Shown in pieces: positions 29,206-40,267 of a stretch of DNA of 64,000 nucleotides. The notes beneath the pieces are model-generated. The model was not told the DNA's origin, did not search any database, and saw only the letters and a list, made by a program, of their open reading frames with translations. The stretch is from Phormidium sp. (GTDB taxonomy: Bacteria > Cyanobacteriota > Cyanobacteriia > Cyanobacteriales > Aerosakkonemataceae): positions 1,472,001 through 1,536,000 of the forward strand of contig CP143273.1 of NCBI GenBank assembly GCA_051013385.1. Reading direction: 5' to 3'. A program made the translations under genes and the position numbers. The first letter of the stretch is position 1. Each line of letters begins with the position of its first letter.

Positions 29206-29958
29206 ATGGCTCTGCCGTTGCTCGCATACAAACCATCATCCCAAAACCAGCGGGTTAAAAGTTTTGGAATCGCAGATCTCAACGAAGATACACCCTATAT
29301 CTATCGCCTAGAAGATGCCGCTTCCCCTGGTGAAATCAGAGATTTAATTTGGGCAGCTTATCGCCAAGTTTTCAGCGAACACGAAATCCTCAAATTCAAC
29401 CGCCAAATCACCGTAGAAACTCGTTTCGCCAACCGTTCCATCACAGTCCGTGACATGATCCGGGAATTGGCAAAATCAGAAGCTTTCTACCGTTTAGTTG
29501 TTTCCGTTAACAACAACTATCGCTTAGTGGAAATCTGTCTCAAACGCTTTTTAGGTCGCGCACCTTACAACAAAGACGAAGAAATCGCTTGGTCAATTGT
29601 AATTGCTACCAAAGGTTTTAGCGGTTTTGTTGATGCTTTATTGGACAGCGATGAATACACCAACGCTTTTGGTGATTTCACCGTACCTTACCAACGCAAG
29701 CGTATGGAAGCTCGTCCTTTCAACTTGGTAACTCCTCGCTACGGCGAAGACTTCCAAGAAAAAGCAGGTACAGTTACCACCGACTGGCGCTTTACCTTGG
29801 ACAAATTCTACAGCGCCAAGTCCAAACAACGCCGTTTACCAGAAGGCGATCCTGGCAAGTTCAGTGATATGGCAGCAGCAGTTAATACCAAGCGCTATTA
29901 CGCTCAAAATATCCGTGCTTCCAGCATCGATTACCTGAACAAAGTACCAAGACGCTAA
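29206..29958 (+). CDS. cpcG: rod-core linker CpcG, third paralog (CpcG4-like)
   Basis: [17 protein letters not shown] with a hydrophilic C-terminus (YLNKVPRR), so not CpcL. Confidence 0.88.
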   Translation: MALPLLAYKPSSQNQRVKSFGIADLNEDTPYIYRLEDAASPGEIRDLIWAAYRQVFSEHEILKFNRQITVETRFANRSITVRDMIRELAKSEAFYRLVVSVNNNYRLVEICLKRFLGRAPYNKDEEIAWSIVIATKGFSGFVDALLDSDEYTNAFGDFTVPYQRKRMEARPFNLVTPRYGEDFQEKAGTVTTDWRFTLDKFYSAKSKQRRLPEGDPGKFSDMAAAVNTKRYYAQNIRASSIDYLNKVPRR

Positions 29959-30020
29959 TCAAGATTTTTCCCCATTTTGTGGGTTAAATCTAAGGTCTAA
30001 AGTCCAAAATCTAAAATCAT

Positions 30021-30096
30021 AGCTGGGTCTGACTTTTGGGAGATGACTAACTAATATTTGATTAGTTGTTATCATCTCAGCGGTTTAGACCCAGTT
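30021..30096 (+). terminator. stem-loop at the end of the cpc operon
   Basis: CTGGGTCT...AGACCCAG with inner GAGATGA/TCATCTC pairing. Confidence 0.5.
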
Positions 30097-30395
30097 GTTG
30101 TAAGTATTGGGGATTGGGGATTGGGGACTGGGGATTGGGATGGGAATATGTGAGGACTTCAGTCATTTTATTTAGAAAATAAACGACTAAAGTCGCTACA
30201 ACAAACTTTTGAGGGAAAAACTTGAAGGGAAGCAAAACCTTTGTGAGTTTTACTTCCCTTCAAAATTTGAAGTCAGCGGCTTTCTTGTACTTGGGGCGAT
30301 CGCTAAATCTAATTAAATTTATAGGAAATCCAGTCCCTAGTCCCCAGTGCCCAGTCCCCAAAACCAAAGTACCACCTCAGCCCTCTAAAGAGAGC

Positions 30396-31118
30396 TTACT
30401 TACCATCAGTAGAACCTTTTTGCCCATTAGGAGGTGCAACTACTACACCTTTATCAGCAGCACGTTGTTCGCGTTTTTTGCGTTCAGCTTTCACGGCATC
30501 TTCCATAATTACTAATGCCTGAGCCATTTTTTCTAAATTGCTGCGGTACAGTTCCAGATCTTTTTGGATTTTTTCTTCTGGTAAATGCAACCCAGCACTA
30601 ATTTTTTTGAGTGCTTCAGTCAGTTGCTTGGGATCTTTTGCTAATTCGGGATCTGGTTGTTCAATTAAATTAAACAAACCGACAGCAAATAAGCGACTGT
30701 ACTTAAATTTTGGGTTGTTGGCGATCGCTTGCAGAGTTCCTTGTAAATCCCCGGTATTAGCAAAAGACTCTTGACTCAAGCTATCAATCACATCTTTTGT
30801 CGATCGCTCCGCCACAAACGCTTTTAAACGTTCAGCATCCTGCTTATAAGTTTGGGCATCGCTACCCACCGCTTGACAAAGTGCAGCAAATATGGGTTCT
30901 TTGTCCGCTTCCGGGCGATAACCTTGCATAAAGCGGTCAAAGGTAGTCACCACCCCTAAAGCATAAATAGGGTCATAGCTGAAGTCATTATTGACCGAAA
31001 GCAAGTGCATTTCCACCATTAACTCTTCTACCACTCGCCGATAAATCGTGTTAATCGGGCGAGTGTGGAGGGAGTAGAAAGTTCGCTTAGTATCTGAAAC
31101 AGTGCGGACGTTGTTCAC
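30396..31118 (-). CDS. psb29: photosystem II biogenesis protein Psb29/Thf1
   Basis: NNVRTVSDTKR, IYRRVVEEL, KYSRLFAVG. GTG start at 31118 preferred. Confidence 0.93.
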   Translation of the reverse strand: MNNVRTVSDTKRTFYSLHTRPINTIYRRVVEELMVEMHLLSVNNDFSYDPIYALGVVTTFDRFMQGYRPEADKEPIFAALCQAVGSDAQTYKQDAERLKAFVAERSTKDVIDSLSQESFANTGDLQGTLQAIANNPKFKYSRLFAVGLFNLIEQPDPELAKDPKQLTEALKKISAGLHLPEEKIQKDLELYRSNLEKMAQALVIMEDAVKAERKKREQRAADKGVVVAPPNGQKGSTDGK

Positions 31119-31195
31119 GGAAAACAATTAACGAGGAATTAAGTTTATTGTCTCCTTTAAGGGTAACTTTGCCAAGCAGATTTTGCGAAAGCAGG

Positions 31196-31478
31196 AGGGG
31201 CAGAGGGGCAGAGGGGCAGAGGGGCAGAGGGGCAGAGGGGCAGGGGGGCAGGGGAGCGGAGGAGAATTTAAAACTTAAAACTCTCCAACTCTTCCTAACT
31301 CAAAACTCAAAACTCAAAACTTCCCCAACTCTTCCTAACTCAAAACTCAAAACTCAAAACTTCCCCAACTCTTCCTAACTCAAAACTCAAAACTCAAAAC
31401 TCAAAACTCAAAACTTCCCCAGTCCCCAATCCCCAGTCCCCAGTCCCTAGTCCCCAGTCCCTAGTCCCCAGTCCCCTA
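31196..31478. repeat. compound STRR-type tandem repeats (GGGGCAGA, AAACTCA, CCCAGTC)
   Basis: Direct reading. Confidence 0.9.
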
Positions 31479-31520
31479 ATGCGTTAAAATTTACAGCTGC
31501 GACCTTTCCCTGGTCTTGAG

Positions 31521-32135
31521 ATGAGATTTTCTGAGCAATTAATTGCTTTAGCTAGTTACATGGCAGGTGAGTTTGACAATCAGGCACAAGCGATCGCAGA
31601 TCCAGCTTGGTACGTTCACCTGCGACTTTGGCAACGACCTGTACCTTTGTTTACCGAAGATAGCATCACCTTATTTGCTGAACAAGCCAATATTGTTAAT
31701 TTAGAGCAAGCTTATCGACCGCGAATCATTCGCCTGCGGGAACGAACTGAGCTTAACTCCTCCCTTGAGGTGCAATATTACATGATCAAAGACCCTGGAT
31801 TAGTACAGGGTGCTGGGCGCGATCGAGAAAAACTGAAAATCTTAACTTATGAGCAAATAGAATTCTTGCCCGGTTGTACTCTTAACGTTACTCAAAATTC
31901 TTTAGCCACCCCCGGCTATCACTTTCAAGCATCCTTACCCCCAGATGCCCGTTGCTGCTTCAATTATCGCGGTGAAACCTACCAAGTTTCTCTCGGATTT
32001 GAAGCCACTCCCGAACACTTTCTCAGTTACGACAAAGGTATAGATCCTCAGACAGGAAAAGCGATTTGGGGAGCATTGCTTGGCCCTTTTCGCTTCACCA
32101 AACGCCAAGATTTTTCTGCCGAAATAACCCTTTAG
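31521..32135 (+). CDS. cpcT: CpcT/CpeT family bilin lyase
   Basis: AGEFDNQAQA, HLRLWQRP, YRPR, SYDKGIDP, WGALLGPF. Close to the cpc operon. Confidence 0.88.
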   Translation: MRFSEQLIALASYMAGEFDNQAQAIADPAWYVHLRLWQRPVPLFTEDSITLFAEQANIVNLEQAYRPRIIRLRERTELNSSLEVQYYMIKDPGLVQGAGRDREKLKILTYEQIEFLPGCTLNVTQNSLATPGYHFQASLPPDARCCFNYRGETYQVSLGFEATPEHFLSYDKGIDPQTGKAIWGALLGPFRFTKRQDFSAEITL

Positions 32136-32225
32136 AGTTAGGGTGCAGGGGGCAGTGATGTAAGGGGTGCAAGGGGTGTACGGGGTGCGAGAGGTGTACG
32201 GGAAACACAGCGATAGGGAGACAAT

Positions 32226-32302
32226 CTGCCCCTCTGCCCCTCTGCCCCTCTGCCCCTCTGCCCCTCTGCCCCTCTGCCCCTCTGCCCCTCTGCCCCTCTG
32301 CC
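32226..32302. repeat. (CTGCCCCT)n octamer repeat
   Basis: About 9.5 units. Confidence 0.9.
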
Positions 32303-32303
32303 A

Positions 32304-32672
32304 CTAACTAGCAATGGTGCGGGGTACACCTTCTAAAGCTTCTTCCTCGGTTTCAAAGATTTCAAATACCGAGTCCATCATCGTCACTTCAAAAACCAAT
32401 CTAGCTTCTGGATGCACACTACAAATACGGAAGCTCCCCTTAACTTTATCTGCATCTCGCATTCCAGCCACTAATGATGTGAGGCCGGAACTGTCGATAA
32501 AATTGACTAGACCCAAATTCACGACCACATGACGGCTGAGTTTAGAAATACATTCTTGCAACTTTAGGCGAAATTGCCATGCAGTTGTAATGTCCAAGCG
32601 ACCTGCTGGAGTCAAGACGATTACAGTAGTGCCGTCTTGGGTCGTGTGGGTTTTTTGTTCGATCTGAATCAC
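32304..32672 (-). CDS. STAS-domain anti-sigma factor antagonist
   Basis: GRLD, VNFIDSSGL phosphoacceptor motif. GGAGG SD before GTG. Confidence 0.9.
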   Translation of the reverse strand: MIQIEQKTHTTQDGTTVIVLTPAGRLDITTAWQFRLKLQECISKLSRHVVVNLGLVNFIDSSGLTSLVAGMRDADKVKGSFRICSVHPEARLVFEVTMMDSVFEIFETEEEALEGVPRTIAS

Positions 32673-32919
32673 TGACCCTCCCCTTGAAATCGTAAGAGTT
32701 TAGAGTTTTTGCACACAACCTAAATCTTATAAACCGTCAAGCAATCCCAAGTAAGTGGGTGCCAATATGAAATTTAGAAGATCGACAGTTGTACAGTTTT
32801 GCGGTTATAGGAAATAGTATTTTTTGTTTCTCTTACTATTGTTCCCAGGCTGAGGCAAAAATGAATAACCTCTTTAATTTTGGGTTGTTCATCTCAGTAG
32901 TTTAACTCAGACTTCTGGA

Positions 32920-33948
32920 TTAGGAAGCAGTCCAGTTAGCCCAATCTTGAGGTTTCAAGAAGGTTTCATATAACTCGGCTTCCGGGGTGTTAGGTTCTGG
33001 CTCATAGCCATATTCCCAGCGTACCAGAGGCGGTAAAGACATCAAAATGGATTCAGTGCGTCCGTTGGTTTGCAGACCGAAAATGGTGCCGCGATCGTAA
33101 ACCAGATTAAACTCGACGTAGCGCCCGCGACGATAAAGTTGGAAGTTACGTTGGCGATCGCCATACTCTAAATTACGCCGACGTTCTACAATCGGAGCAT
33201 AAGCAGGTAAAAATGCCTTACCGCACTCTTGAACAAAAGCAAACAACTCTTCCCAAGTGCGAGTCAATGAACCAACCTTCGCACTATGAAGTGCTGCTAG
33301 CCCATCGGTATTACTTGCCCGATACAATTCCCCTTGAGCATCTTGGTAATCAAAAAAGATCCCACCGACACCCCTGGTTTCCTGACGGTGCTTCAAGTAA
33401 AAATACTCATCACACCAATATTTAAACGTCGGATAGTACTCTGGATGGTGGTTATCACAAGCTTGTTTAAAAGTCTTGTGGAAATGCGCCGCATCCTCAG
33501 CAAAAGGATAGTAAGGTGTCAAATCAGCACCACCACCAAACCACCAAACTGGCCCTGCTTCAAAATAACGATAATTTAGATGTACCGTCGGAATGTAAGG
33601 GTTGCGGGGGTGCAATACCATCGAAGTCCCAGTAGCATAGAAACCATGTCCAGCAGCTTCCGGGCGTTGTGCCAAAATTGAGGGCGGTAAATGTTCGCCC
33701 CAAACTTCCGAAAAGTTAACACCGCCTTGCTCAAAAACAGCACCTTCGCGCATCACGCGAGAACGACCTCCACCGCCTTCTGGTCTTTCCCAGGAATCTT
33801 CCTGGAAATTACCTACGCCGTCTACTGCTGCTAAACCTTGACAAATTTCGTCTTGAATTTGGCGCATAAACTGGCTAACTCTAGCTTTGGAATCAGCTGG
33901 AGGTACAGAATTAGAGGAGGTTACTTCGGAAGTTGAAAAAGCCGTCAT
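32920..33948 (-). CDS. hemF: oxygen-dependent coproporphyrinogen III oxidase
   Basis: [42 protein letters not shown]. Confidence 0.97.
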   Translation of the reverse strand: MTAFSTSEVTSSNSVPPADSKARVSQFMRQIQDEICQGLAAVDGVGNFQEDSWERPEGGGGRSRVMREGAVFEQGGVNFSEVWGEHLPPSILAQRPEAAGHGFYATGTSMVLHPRNPYIPTVHLNYRYFEAGPVWWFGGGADLTPYYPFAEDAAHFHKTFKQACDNHHPEYYPTFKYWCDEYFYLKHRQETRGVGGIFFDYQDAQGELYRASNTDGLAALHSAKVGSLTRTWEELFAFVQECGKAFLPAYAPIVERRRNLEYGDRQRNFQLYRRGRYVEFNLVYDRGTIFGLQTNGRTESILMSLPPLVRWEYGYEPEPNTPEAELYETFLKPQDWANWTAS

Positions 33949-34047
33949 ATCAACACTTAAATCCCAATGTTACGCAAACGAACAGCGTTTTTAGATTAAC
34001 TCGAATCGGAACTCTACGGATAAACAACTAAGTTAACTTTAATTGAG

Positions 34048-34176
34048 AGCAGAAGGCAGAAGGCAGAAAGCAGAAGGTAGAAGTTAGAAGGCGGAAGGTA
34101 AATTGCCCCCCTGCCCCTCTGCCCCCCTGCCCCCCTGCCCCCCTGCGCCTCTGCCCCTCTGCCCCTCTGCCCCCCG
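34048..34176. repeat. GCAGAAG heptamers and CTGCCCC(C/T) octamers
   Basis: Direct reading. Confidence 0.8.
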
Positions 34177-34273
34177 CGTTAGCGACCAAAAAATTTCTGA
34201 GGGGGGGATGTTATCCAATACACAATTAGCATACAATCAGGCTGTCTTGGAGGCTTGCCAAGGGAGGATTACT

Positions 34274-34762
34274 ATGATTCCCAATTTTTTCTCCAAATCT
34301 GTCCGTAAACGAGTCCAAAAGAAATACCGAGTTTCTCTTGCCAGGACGTATAAAGCCCTGAGTTCCGCCTCGGTTGATGCTCTTTGGCAGAAAATGACGG
34401 ATTTAGCTGATGTTTCTTGGCATCCCTTGTTGGCAAGCACGAATGTCCCTAAAGGATTGGTGGCTAAACCTGGTTTAATTTATCAGGCGATAACGCGATC
34501 GATCTTACCCATTCCGATTCAGATTTTTGTCGAACAAGTCAGACCCAGAGAGTTACTTACCGTCCGAATTATCACTCTACCAGGGCTAGAGGAACGAGTG
34601 ACATACAAAGTTGAGTCCACTGTTTGTGGCACTCAAATATCTTATTCTGTCACCTTACGGGGCTGGTTGTCGCCTTTAATTTGGTCTTTGATTCGATCGA
34701 GCGCCGCACGAGTTGCGGCACAATTAGCTGATGCAGCAGAACAAAACCCGTTATTAAGATAA
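34274..34762 (+). CDS. SRPBCC/polyketide cyclase-like protein
   Basis: GGAGG SD before ATG 34274. DLADVSWHPL, GWLSPL. The longer ORF-track start runs through repeats. Confidence 0.75.
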   Translation: MIPNFFSKSVRKRVQKKYRVSLARTYKALSSASVDALWQKMTDLADVSWHPLLASTNVPKGLVAKPGLIYQAITRSILPIPIQIFVEQVRPRELLTVRIITLPGLEERVTYKVESTVCGTQISYSVTLRGWLSPLIWSLIRSSAARVAAQLADAAEQNPLLR

Positions 34763-34770
34763 GGCAAGAT

Positions 34771-35559
34771 TCAAAATACACTCCGAATCAAACCACCATC
34801 AACTCTCAGACTGGCACCATTAATGGCAGAAGCTAAGGGACTGGACACAAATGCCACCAAATCAGCGATTTCTGAAGTACGAATCAAACGCCCAATTAAG
34901 GAAGTGGGACGATTTTCGCTTATAAAGCGTTTTTCGGCTATTTCATAATCAACATCGGGAAAAACATCTCGAATCAGTTCCACAACTCCAGAGGTTTTTG
35001 TTGAACCTGGAAGAACCGAATTAACTGTTACATTTGTTCCTTTAGTTAGTTCGGCAAGACTGCGAGAAATGGAAAGCTGCATTGTTTTAGTGGCGCTATA
35101 ATGAACCATTTCCATAGCAGGATTAATGGCTGATTCGCTGGAAATAAAGACAATTCGCCCATAATTACGGTCTAACATTTTTCGCAAATAATGCCGACTC
35201 AAGCGCACACCACTGAGAATATTTACTTCAAATATTTTGAGCCATTGTTCATCAGTAGTATCAAAGAAATCTACTGCTTCATAAATACCTAAATTATTGA
35301 CAAGGATATCAACTTCTGGATATTGAGCGATCGTATGAAGGCAGCCTGGGGCATTCCCGTTATCTGCTACCAAGGGCAGGAGTTTCGCTTGGGGATACTC
35401 GGAAGAAATCTTTTCAATTGCACTGTTGACACTGTTTGATGTTCTCCCATTAATAATCACGTTAGATCCTTCACGGGCTAAGGTGCGAGCAATTTCTAAA
35501 CCTATGCCTCCCGCAGAAGCAGTCACAAGAGCAGTTTGATTTTGCAGTTGTAGATCCAT
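34771..35559 (-). CDS. short-chain dehydrogenase/reductase
   Basis: [28 protein letters not shown]. Confidence 0.92.
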   Translation of the reverse strand: MDLQLQNQTALVTASAGGIGLEIARTLAREGSNVIINGRTSNSVNSAIEKISSEYPQAKLLPLVADNGNAPGCLHTIAQYPEVDILVNNLGIYEAVDFFDTTDEQWLKIFEVNILSGVRLSRHYLRKMLDRNYGRIVFISSESAINPAMEMVHYSATKTMQLSISRSLAELTKGTNVTVNSVLPGSTKTSGVVELIRDVFPDVDYEIAEKRFISENRPTSLIGRLIRTSEIADLVAFVSSPLASAINGASLRVDGGLIRSVF

Positions 35560-35749
35560 TTTTATTCCCCATTAAGTTTAGTTTATTGGAAACTGAAAAA
35601 ATTGCTCCCCTGCTCCCAGAGTTGCGGGGGTTCCTCTACTGTCTCAATAAATAATTTAGATGCGTGACAGTTTAGACTCAGACCACCATTAGTTAAGATT
35701 TTAAAAGAATTAACCTCAAATCACCCCGAAAAACAAGGGGAGAACACTA

Positions 35750-36820
35750 ATGTCAGACGTTCTCGATGTCAGCACAATTTTAGAAGTATTGCGACCTGTC
35801 GAAGACCCGGAACTCCGCAAAAGTCTGGTGGAATTAAATATGATTCGCAACGTCAAGGTTGATGCTGGCAATGTCAGTTTTACTCTTGTGTTGACGACAC
35901 CTGCTTGCCCTTTGCGCGAGTTTATTGTGGAAGATTGCCAAAAGGCAGTGAAAAAATTACCTGGCGTGACAGATGTCAAAGTTGATGTTACCGCAGAAAC
36001 ACCTCAGCAAAAATCTCTCCCTGACCGTACCGGAATCGCTGGGGTTAAAAATATATTAGCCGTTTCCAGTGGTAAAGGCGGTGTAGGTAAAAGCACTGTC
36101 GCCGTCAATGTCGCGGTCGCTTTGGCGCAAACTGGCGCTAAGGTGGGGATGATTGATGCCGATATTTATGGCCCAAATGTCCCCACAATGCTGGGACTTT
36201 CCGAGGCTAAGGTGGCGGTACGGCAAACTGCTCAAGGGGAAGTGTTGGAACCAGCTTTTAATCACGGTGTAAAGATGGTTTCAATGGGCTTTTTAATTGA
36301 TAAAGACCAACCTGTGATTTGGCGTGGCCCGATGCTCAATGGTATTATCCGACAGTTTCTTTACCAAGTGGAATGGGGGGAACTGGATTATTTAATTGTG
36401 GATATGCCTCCGGGAACTGGTGATGCTCAGTTAACTTTAGTGCAAGCTGTGCCAATGGCGGGGGCTGTGATTGTCACTACACCGCAAAATGTGGCTTTGT
36501 TGGACTCTCGGAAGGGGTTAAAGATGTTCCAGCAGATGGGAGTCCCAGTTTTGGGCATTGTGGAAAACATGAGTTATTTTATTCCGCCCGATTTACCCGA
36601 TCGCCAGTATGACATTTTTGGCTCAGGTGGCGGCGAAAAAACCGCAGCAGAATTAGGTGTACCCTTACTCGGTTGTGTACCTTTGGAAATTCCCTTGCGT
36701 GAAGGTGGCGATCGCGGTATACCTATTGTGGCTGCTGACCCAGATTCTGCCTCTGCCAAAGCCTTAACGCAGATTGCTAAACAAATAGCCGCCAAAGTTT
36801 CTGTTGCTGCCCTAGCTTAG
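35750..36820 (+). CDS. mrp: Mrp/NBP35 (ApbC-like) Fe-S carrier ATPase
   Basis: N-terminal DPEL...TTPACP domain, SGKGGVGKST, DMPPGTGD, ENMS. Confidence 0.93.
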   Translation: MSDVLDVSTILEVLRPVEDPELRKSLVELNMIRNVKVDAGNVSFTLVLTTPACPLREFIVEDCQKAVKKLPGVTDVKVDVTAETPQQKSLPDRTGIAGVKNILAVSSGKGGVGKSTVAVNVAVALAQTGAKVGMIDADIYGPNVPTMLGLSEAKVAVRQTAQGEVLEPAFNHGVKMVSMGFLIDKDQPVIWRGPMLNGIIRQFLYQVEWGELDYLIVDMPPGTGDAQLTLVQAVPMAGAVIVTTPQNVALLDSRKGLKMFQQMGVPVLGIVENMSYFIPPDLPDRQYDIFGSGGGEKTAAELGVPLLGCVPLEIPLREGGDRGIPIVAADPDSASAKALTQIAKQIAAKVSVAALA

Positions 36821-36822
36821 AA

Positions 36823-37068
36823 GCTCTCGGAGCAGGGGGGCTCTCGGAGCAGGGGGCTCTCGGAGCAGGGGGGCTCTCGGAGCACAGGAGAAAGGTAAAA
36901 TTTAAATTCTCGTTGTCCTCTTGTCCCCTTGTCCCCTTGTCCCCTTGTCCTCTTGTCCCCTTGTCCTCTTGTCCCCTTGTCCCCTTGTCCCCTTGTCCCC
37001 TTGTCCCCTTGTCCTCTTGTCCCCTTGTCCCCTTGTCCTCTTGTCCCCTTGTCCCCTTGTCCCCTTGT
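36823..37068. repeat. 17/18-mer GCTCTCGGAGCAGGGGG repeats, then (TTGTCC(C/T)C)n octamers
   Basis: Direct reading. Confidence 0.9.
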
Positions 37069-37152
37069 GCCCAGTCAAGAGTCCCCAATCCCCTTGCCTT
37101 CTGCTATAAAATCTAAAATTGCTCTGTGCCCTGGAGTCCGATCTAAAAAATC

Positions 37153-38568
37153 ATGATGTTGAAGTCAATCAAATCATTTCGCTGGAAGTCTATTGTCTCA
37201 CCTTGGCAACAAACTGACATTTGGCTGTTTCTGCTGCCTGTGGGACTTTCCATTTTAGGCGGCATCATGATCCGTAGTACAGAACTCAATCAAATTACAC
37301 CTAACTGGTGGCATTCTTGGGTTTTACCTTTGTTTGGTTTAACAGCGGTATTAACGATATTAGTGGTGGTAGCACAATATGTCGCTCATGAATATTGGCA
37401 GCAGTGGTTGATTAGTGGTCTGGCTTTTGGTTTGATTTTCATTAAAGCCTTTTTAGAAGCCCCCAAATGGGCAGAACATATCCTCATTACTGTAGTCGGT
37501 TTATGCTTAATGCTGTTATGCGCTCGCTGGCGTTTTGAAAACTTGATTAAATGGCATTGGGTAATCTTCGCGATTAGCAATCTGTCTTTGATCTGGGTAA
37601 TGATTGCTGGTACAAGTGCCAAAGGTGCCCAGCGTTGGATTGCGATCGGTTCTTTCTATGTTCAGCCTTCAGAATTTGCTAAGTTATCTTTGATTATTAC
37701 TCTAGCTGTGTTGTTAAGTGCTAAAGATTCTGGGACTATGGGTTCTCTAACCAGGTCTTTGGGAATTACAGCTGTTCCTTGGATTTTAGTTTTTTTACAA
37801 CCAGATTTGGGATCTTCTTTGGTTTTTGGGGCGATTACTGTGGGAATGCTTTACTGGGCTAATGTGAATCCTGGTTGGTTGATCTTACTCAGTTCTCCTC
37901 TTGTCTCAGCAGTTTTGTTTAATGTTTATTTACCGGGATGGTGCGCTTGGTCAGCATTAATGGCATTGATTGGCTGGAAAACTTTACCTTGGCCGATCAG
38001 GGGTGCGGTGGGTGCAGTAGCGATTAATTTAATCGGTGGTGAAGCTGGGCTGATTTTTTGGGGTTTGTTGAAGGATTATCAAAAAAATCGGATTATTAAC
38101 TTTTTGCACCCGGAACAAGATCCTTTAGGTGCGGGATATCACTTGATTCAATCTCGGATTGCGATCGGTTCTGGTGAACTTTGGGGCAGAGGTCTATATC
38201 ATGGAACTCAAACTCAAGGAAATTTTGTTCCTGAACAACATACAGATTTTATTTTTTCCGCTATTGGCGAGGAACTGGGTTTTGTGGGTTGTATGGCGGT
38301 TTTGCTGGCTTTTTGGTTCCTCTGTCTACGTTTGGTGATGATTGCTGAGAGTTCTAAGAATAATTTTGGTTCTCTGTTAGCTATTGGTGTTTTGGTAATG
38401 ATTGTGTTTCAGGTGCTTGTTAATGTCGGTATGACTATTGGCATGGCACCTGTGACGGGAAAGAGTTTGCCTTGGGTGAGTTACGGGCGATCGGCTATTT
38501 TGACTCAATTTATTGCGATCGGATTGGTACAATCAGTGGCAAATTATCGACAGCGACTTAAGTTTTAG
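37153..38568 (+). CDS. rodA: rod shape-determining protein RodA (SEDS)
   Basis: GAQRWI, QPSEFAK, QPDLG, GYHLIQSRIAIGSG, PEQHTDFIF. Confidence 0.93.
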   Translation: MMLKSIKSFRWKSIVSPWQQTDIWLFLLPVGLSILGGIMIRSTELNQITPNWWHSWVLPLFGLTAVLTILVVVAQYVAHEYWQQWLISGLAFGLIFIKAFLEAPKWAEHILITVVGLCLMLLCARWRFENLIKWHWVIFAISNLSLIWVMIAGTSAKGAQRWIAIGSFYVQPSEFAKLSLIITLAVLLSAKDSGTMGSLTRSLGITAVPWILVFLQPDLGSSLVFGAITVGMLYWANVNPGWLILLSSPLVSAVLFNVYLPGWCAWSALMALIGWKTLPWPIRGAVGAVAINLIGGEAGLIFWGLLKDYQKNRIINFLHPEQDPLGAGYHLIQSRIAIGSGELWGRGLYHGTQTQGNFVPEQHTDFIFSAIGEELGFVGCMAVLLAFWFLCLRLVMIAESSKNNFGSLLAIGVLVMIVFQVLVNVGMTIGMAPVTGKSLPWVSYGRSAILTQFIAIGLVQSVANYRQRLKF

Positions 38569-38593
38569 GGGATTGGGGACTGGGAAGAGGTGG

Positions 38594-38741
38594 CAATACC
38601 GCTCGGGTTTTGAGTAGGGGCGAAGCATTCGGGCAACAATTTATGACTCAAACCCTAGATTTTCTGCCCGAATGCTAATGCCTACGGCACGCACTCGCGT
38701 TCGCCCCTACAAAGGGGAAAATCGTTAACCGAGCAGTATTG
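38594..38741. mobile_element. 148-bp MITE with CAATAC terminal inverted repeats and a 10-bp target-site duplication
   Basis: TIRs CAATACCGCTCGG/CCGAGCAGTATTG. GAAGAGGTGG flanks both sides (38584-38593, 38742-38751). Confidence 0.85.
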
Positions 38742-38872
38742 GAAGAGGTGGGGAGATGGGGAGAAACAATTCAAATACATCTAAGTTCACCCTACCCCCT
38801 AACTCCCCACCTCATCTGGCTTTGACAGATTGATAGTAAGCTAATAATGAAGCAATCACTGAGGAGATAATC

Positions 38873-39070
38873 ATGTTTTTGCCCGGATCGGCTGTGCGTG
38901 TTAAGAATGTCAATGATACTTATTATGGTTTTCAAGGATTAGTGCAACGAGTTACTGATGGTAAGGCAGCTGTGTTGTTTGAAGGCGGTAATTGGGATAA
39001 ATTGATTACTTTCCGCCTTTCAGAATTGGAACTGGTAGATACAACTGCTGGTAAGAAAAAGGGCAAGTAA
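38873..39070 (+). CDS. ndhS: NDH-1 subunit S
   Basis: [37 protein letters not shown]. Confidence 0.93.
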   Translation: MFLPGSAVRVKNVNDTYYGFQGLVQRVTDGKAAVLFEGGNWDKLITFRLSELELVDTTAGKKKGK

Positions 39071-39343
39071 ACAAGTAATAGGTAATCGGCAATTTAATGA
39101 GCAATTGAAGAATTGAAGAATTGCCGATGCAAAGATTTTTTTTGGGTTGAAGCCCCGCCCAGCCCAGGCCCAATAGAATAGGTGCTACGCACACGCTACG
39201 CGAACGAAAATCTAAAATCGAAAATCCTCAAGCTCTGTCCCTTTTAGGGTTCGCCTTTCAAAATCGAAAATCGAAAATCGAAAATCGGTTGACCGATTAC
39301 CTATTACTAAGTACCAATTACCAATTACCAATTAGCTGAAATT

Positions 39344-39988
39344 ATGCGTCTTCCTTTACCACAATTTTCTGGAGGGACTCGCCACCCGAACCATTTTGCT
39401 GAGGTGATCGTCACCTCAACTTCGGAGTTTTTGGCTCAATGTTTGGAACCAGAAACGTTAAGTTTTCCGGCAATGCCTCCTTTTGGTAGTTGGGTGCGCT
39501 CGCTAGATGAAGAGTCAGATAATCTGATATATGGTGTGGTTTATCATGCCACTACTTTACCTATTGATTCGGTGCATCGCGCCCGTGCTTTAGGTATGTC
39601 TCTGGCAGAATTAAGGGAAGAACAACCGCAGATTTTTGCGATGCTAAAAACGGAGTTTAGCGCTGCTATTGTGGGTTATAAAACTCCGGGAAAACAGCAA
39701 AGTTTTTATCAACATATTCCCCCCCGTCCTCCCCAAATTCACCAAGCTGTTTATTTTTGTGAACCAGAAGAAATAATTGTATTTAGTGAAGAGTTGGATT
39801 TTTTGCGAATGCTTTTGCAAATACCGCAAGCGCCTGTGGATGCTCTTTGTGCGGCGGCGATTCGACAAATTTATCAGTTAAGAAAGGGCGATCGCACTTG
39901 GTTGGTGAAAGCTGGACGTTATTTAAGTACCTTACTTCGAGATGATTACGATCGCTTAAGAGTTATTTTAAGTCAAATCCATTTGTAG
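39344..39988 (+). CDS. HAS-barrel domain protein
   Basis: PPFGSWV, PIDSVHRARALG, EEQPQIF, DDYDRL. Confidence 0.75.
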   Translation: MRLPLPQFSGGTRHPNHFAEVIVTSTSEFLAQCLEPETLSFPAMPPFGSWVRSLDEESDNLIYGVVYHATTLPIDSVHRARALGMSLAELREEQPQIFAMLKTEFSAAIVGYKTPGKQQSFYQHIPPRPPQIHQAVYFCEPEEIIVFSEELDFLRMLLQIPQAPVDALCAAAIRQIYQLRKGDRTWLVKAGRYLSTLLRDDYDRLRVILSQIHL

Positions 39989-40267
39989 TAAATTATCTAT
40001 CTCTGTTTAATTAGGAAAATTGTAACTATAACAACAATTCAATTTTAGATAAAAATCTATTTGTTAAAAATTTTTCCCCTAAAAGACGTAAATATTAAAT
40101 CTATCTGTAGACTAGTAGACTCAGTATTTTTTGTCAGGTTAAATTAATCTGGGATAAGTTTTTAACCCTTATCTATAATCCTAAACTCAACAAATCTAAA
40201 CTAAGAAACAGAGCAATATTGATTTTGTTTATTAGATGACTCAGCCCTTTATCTACCCTGTCACATT

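Noticed and set aside
31148..32329. GRGAEGQR-type ORFs (31148..31378, 32095..32304, 32138..32329)
   Set aside because: Translations of octamer and heptamer tandem repeats.
36777..37156. four overlapping PCPLV/GQGDK ORFs
   Set aside because: All frames of one tandem repeat tract.
39344..39988. HerA/NurA-type defence or repair locus
   Set aside because: A stand-alone HAS-barrel gene with no ATPase or nuclease neighbour, sitting among housekeeping genes (rodA, ndhS).
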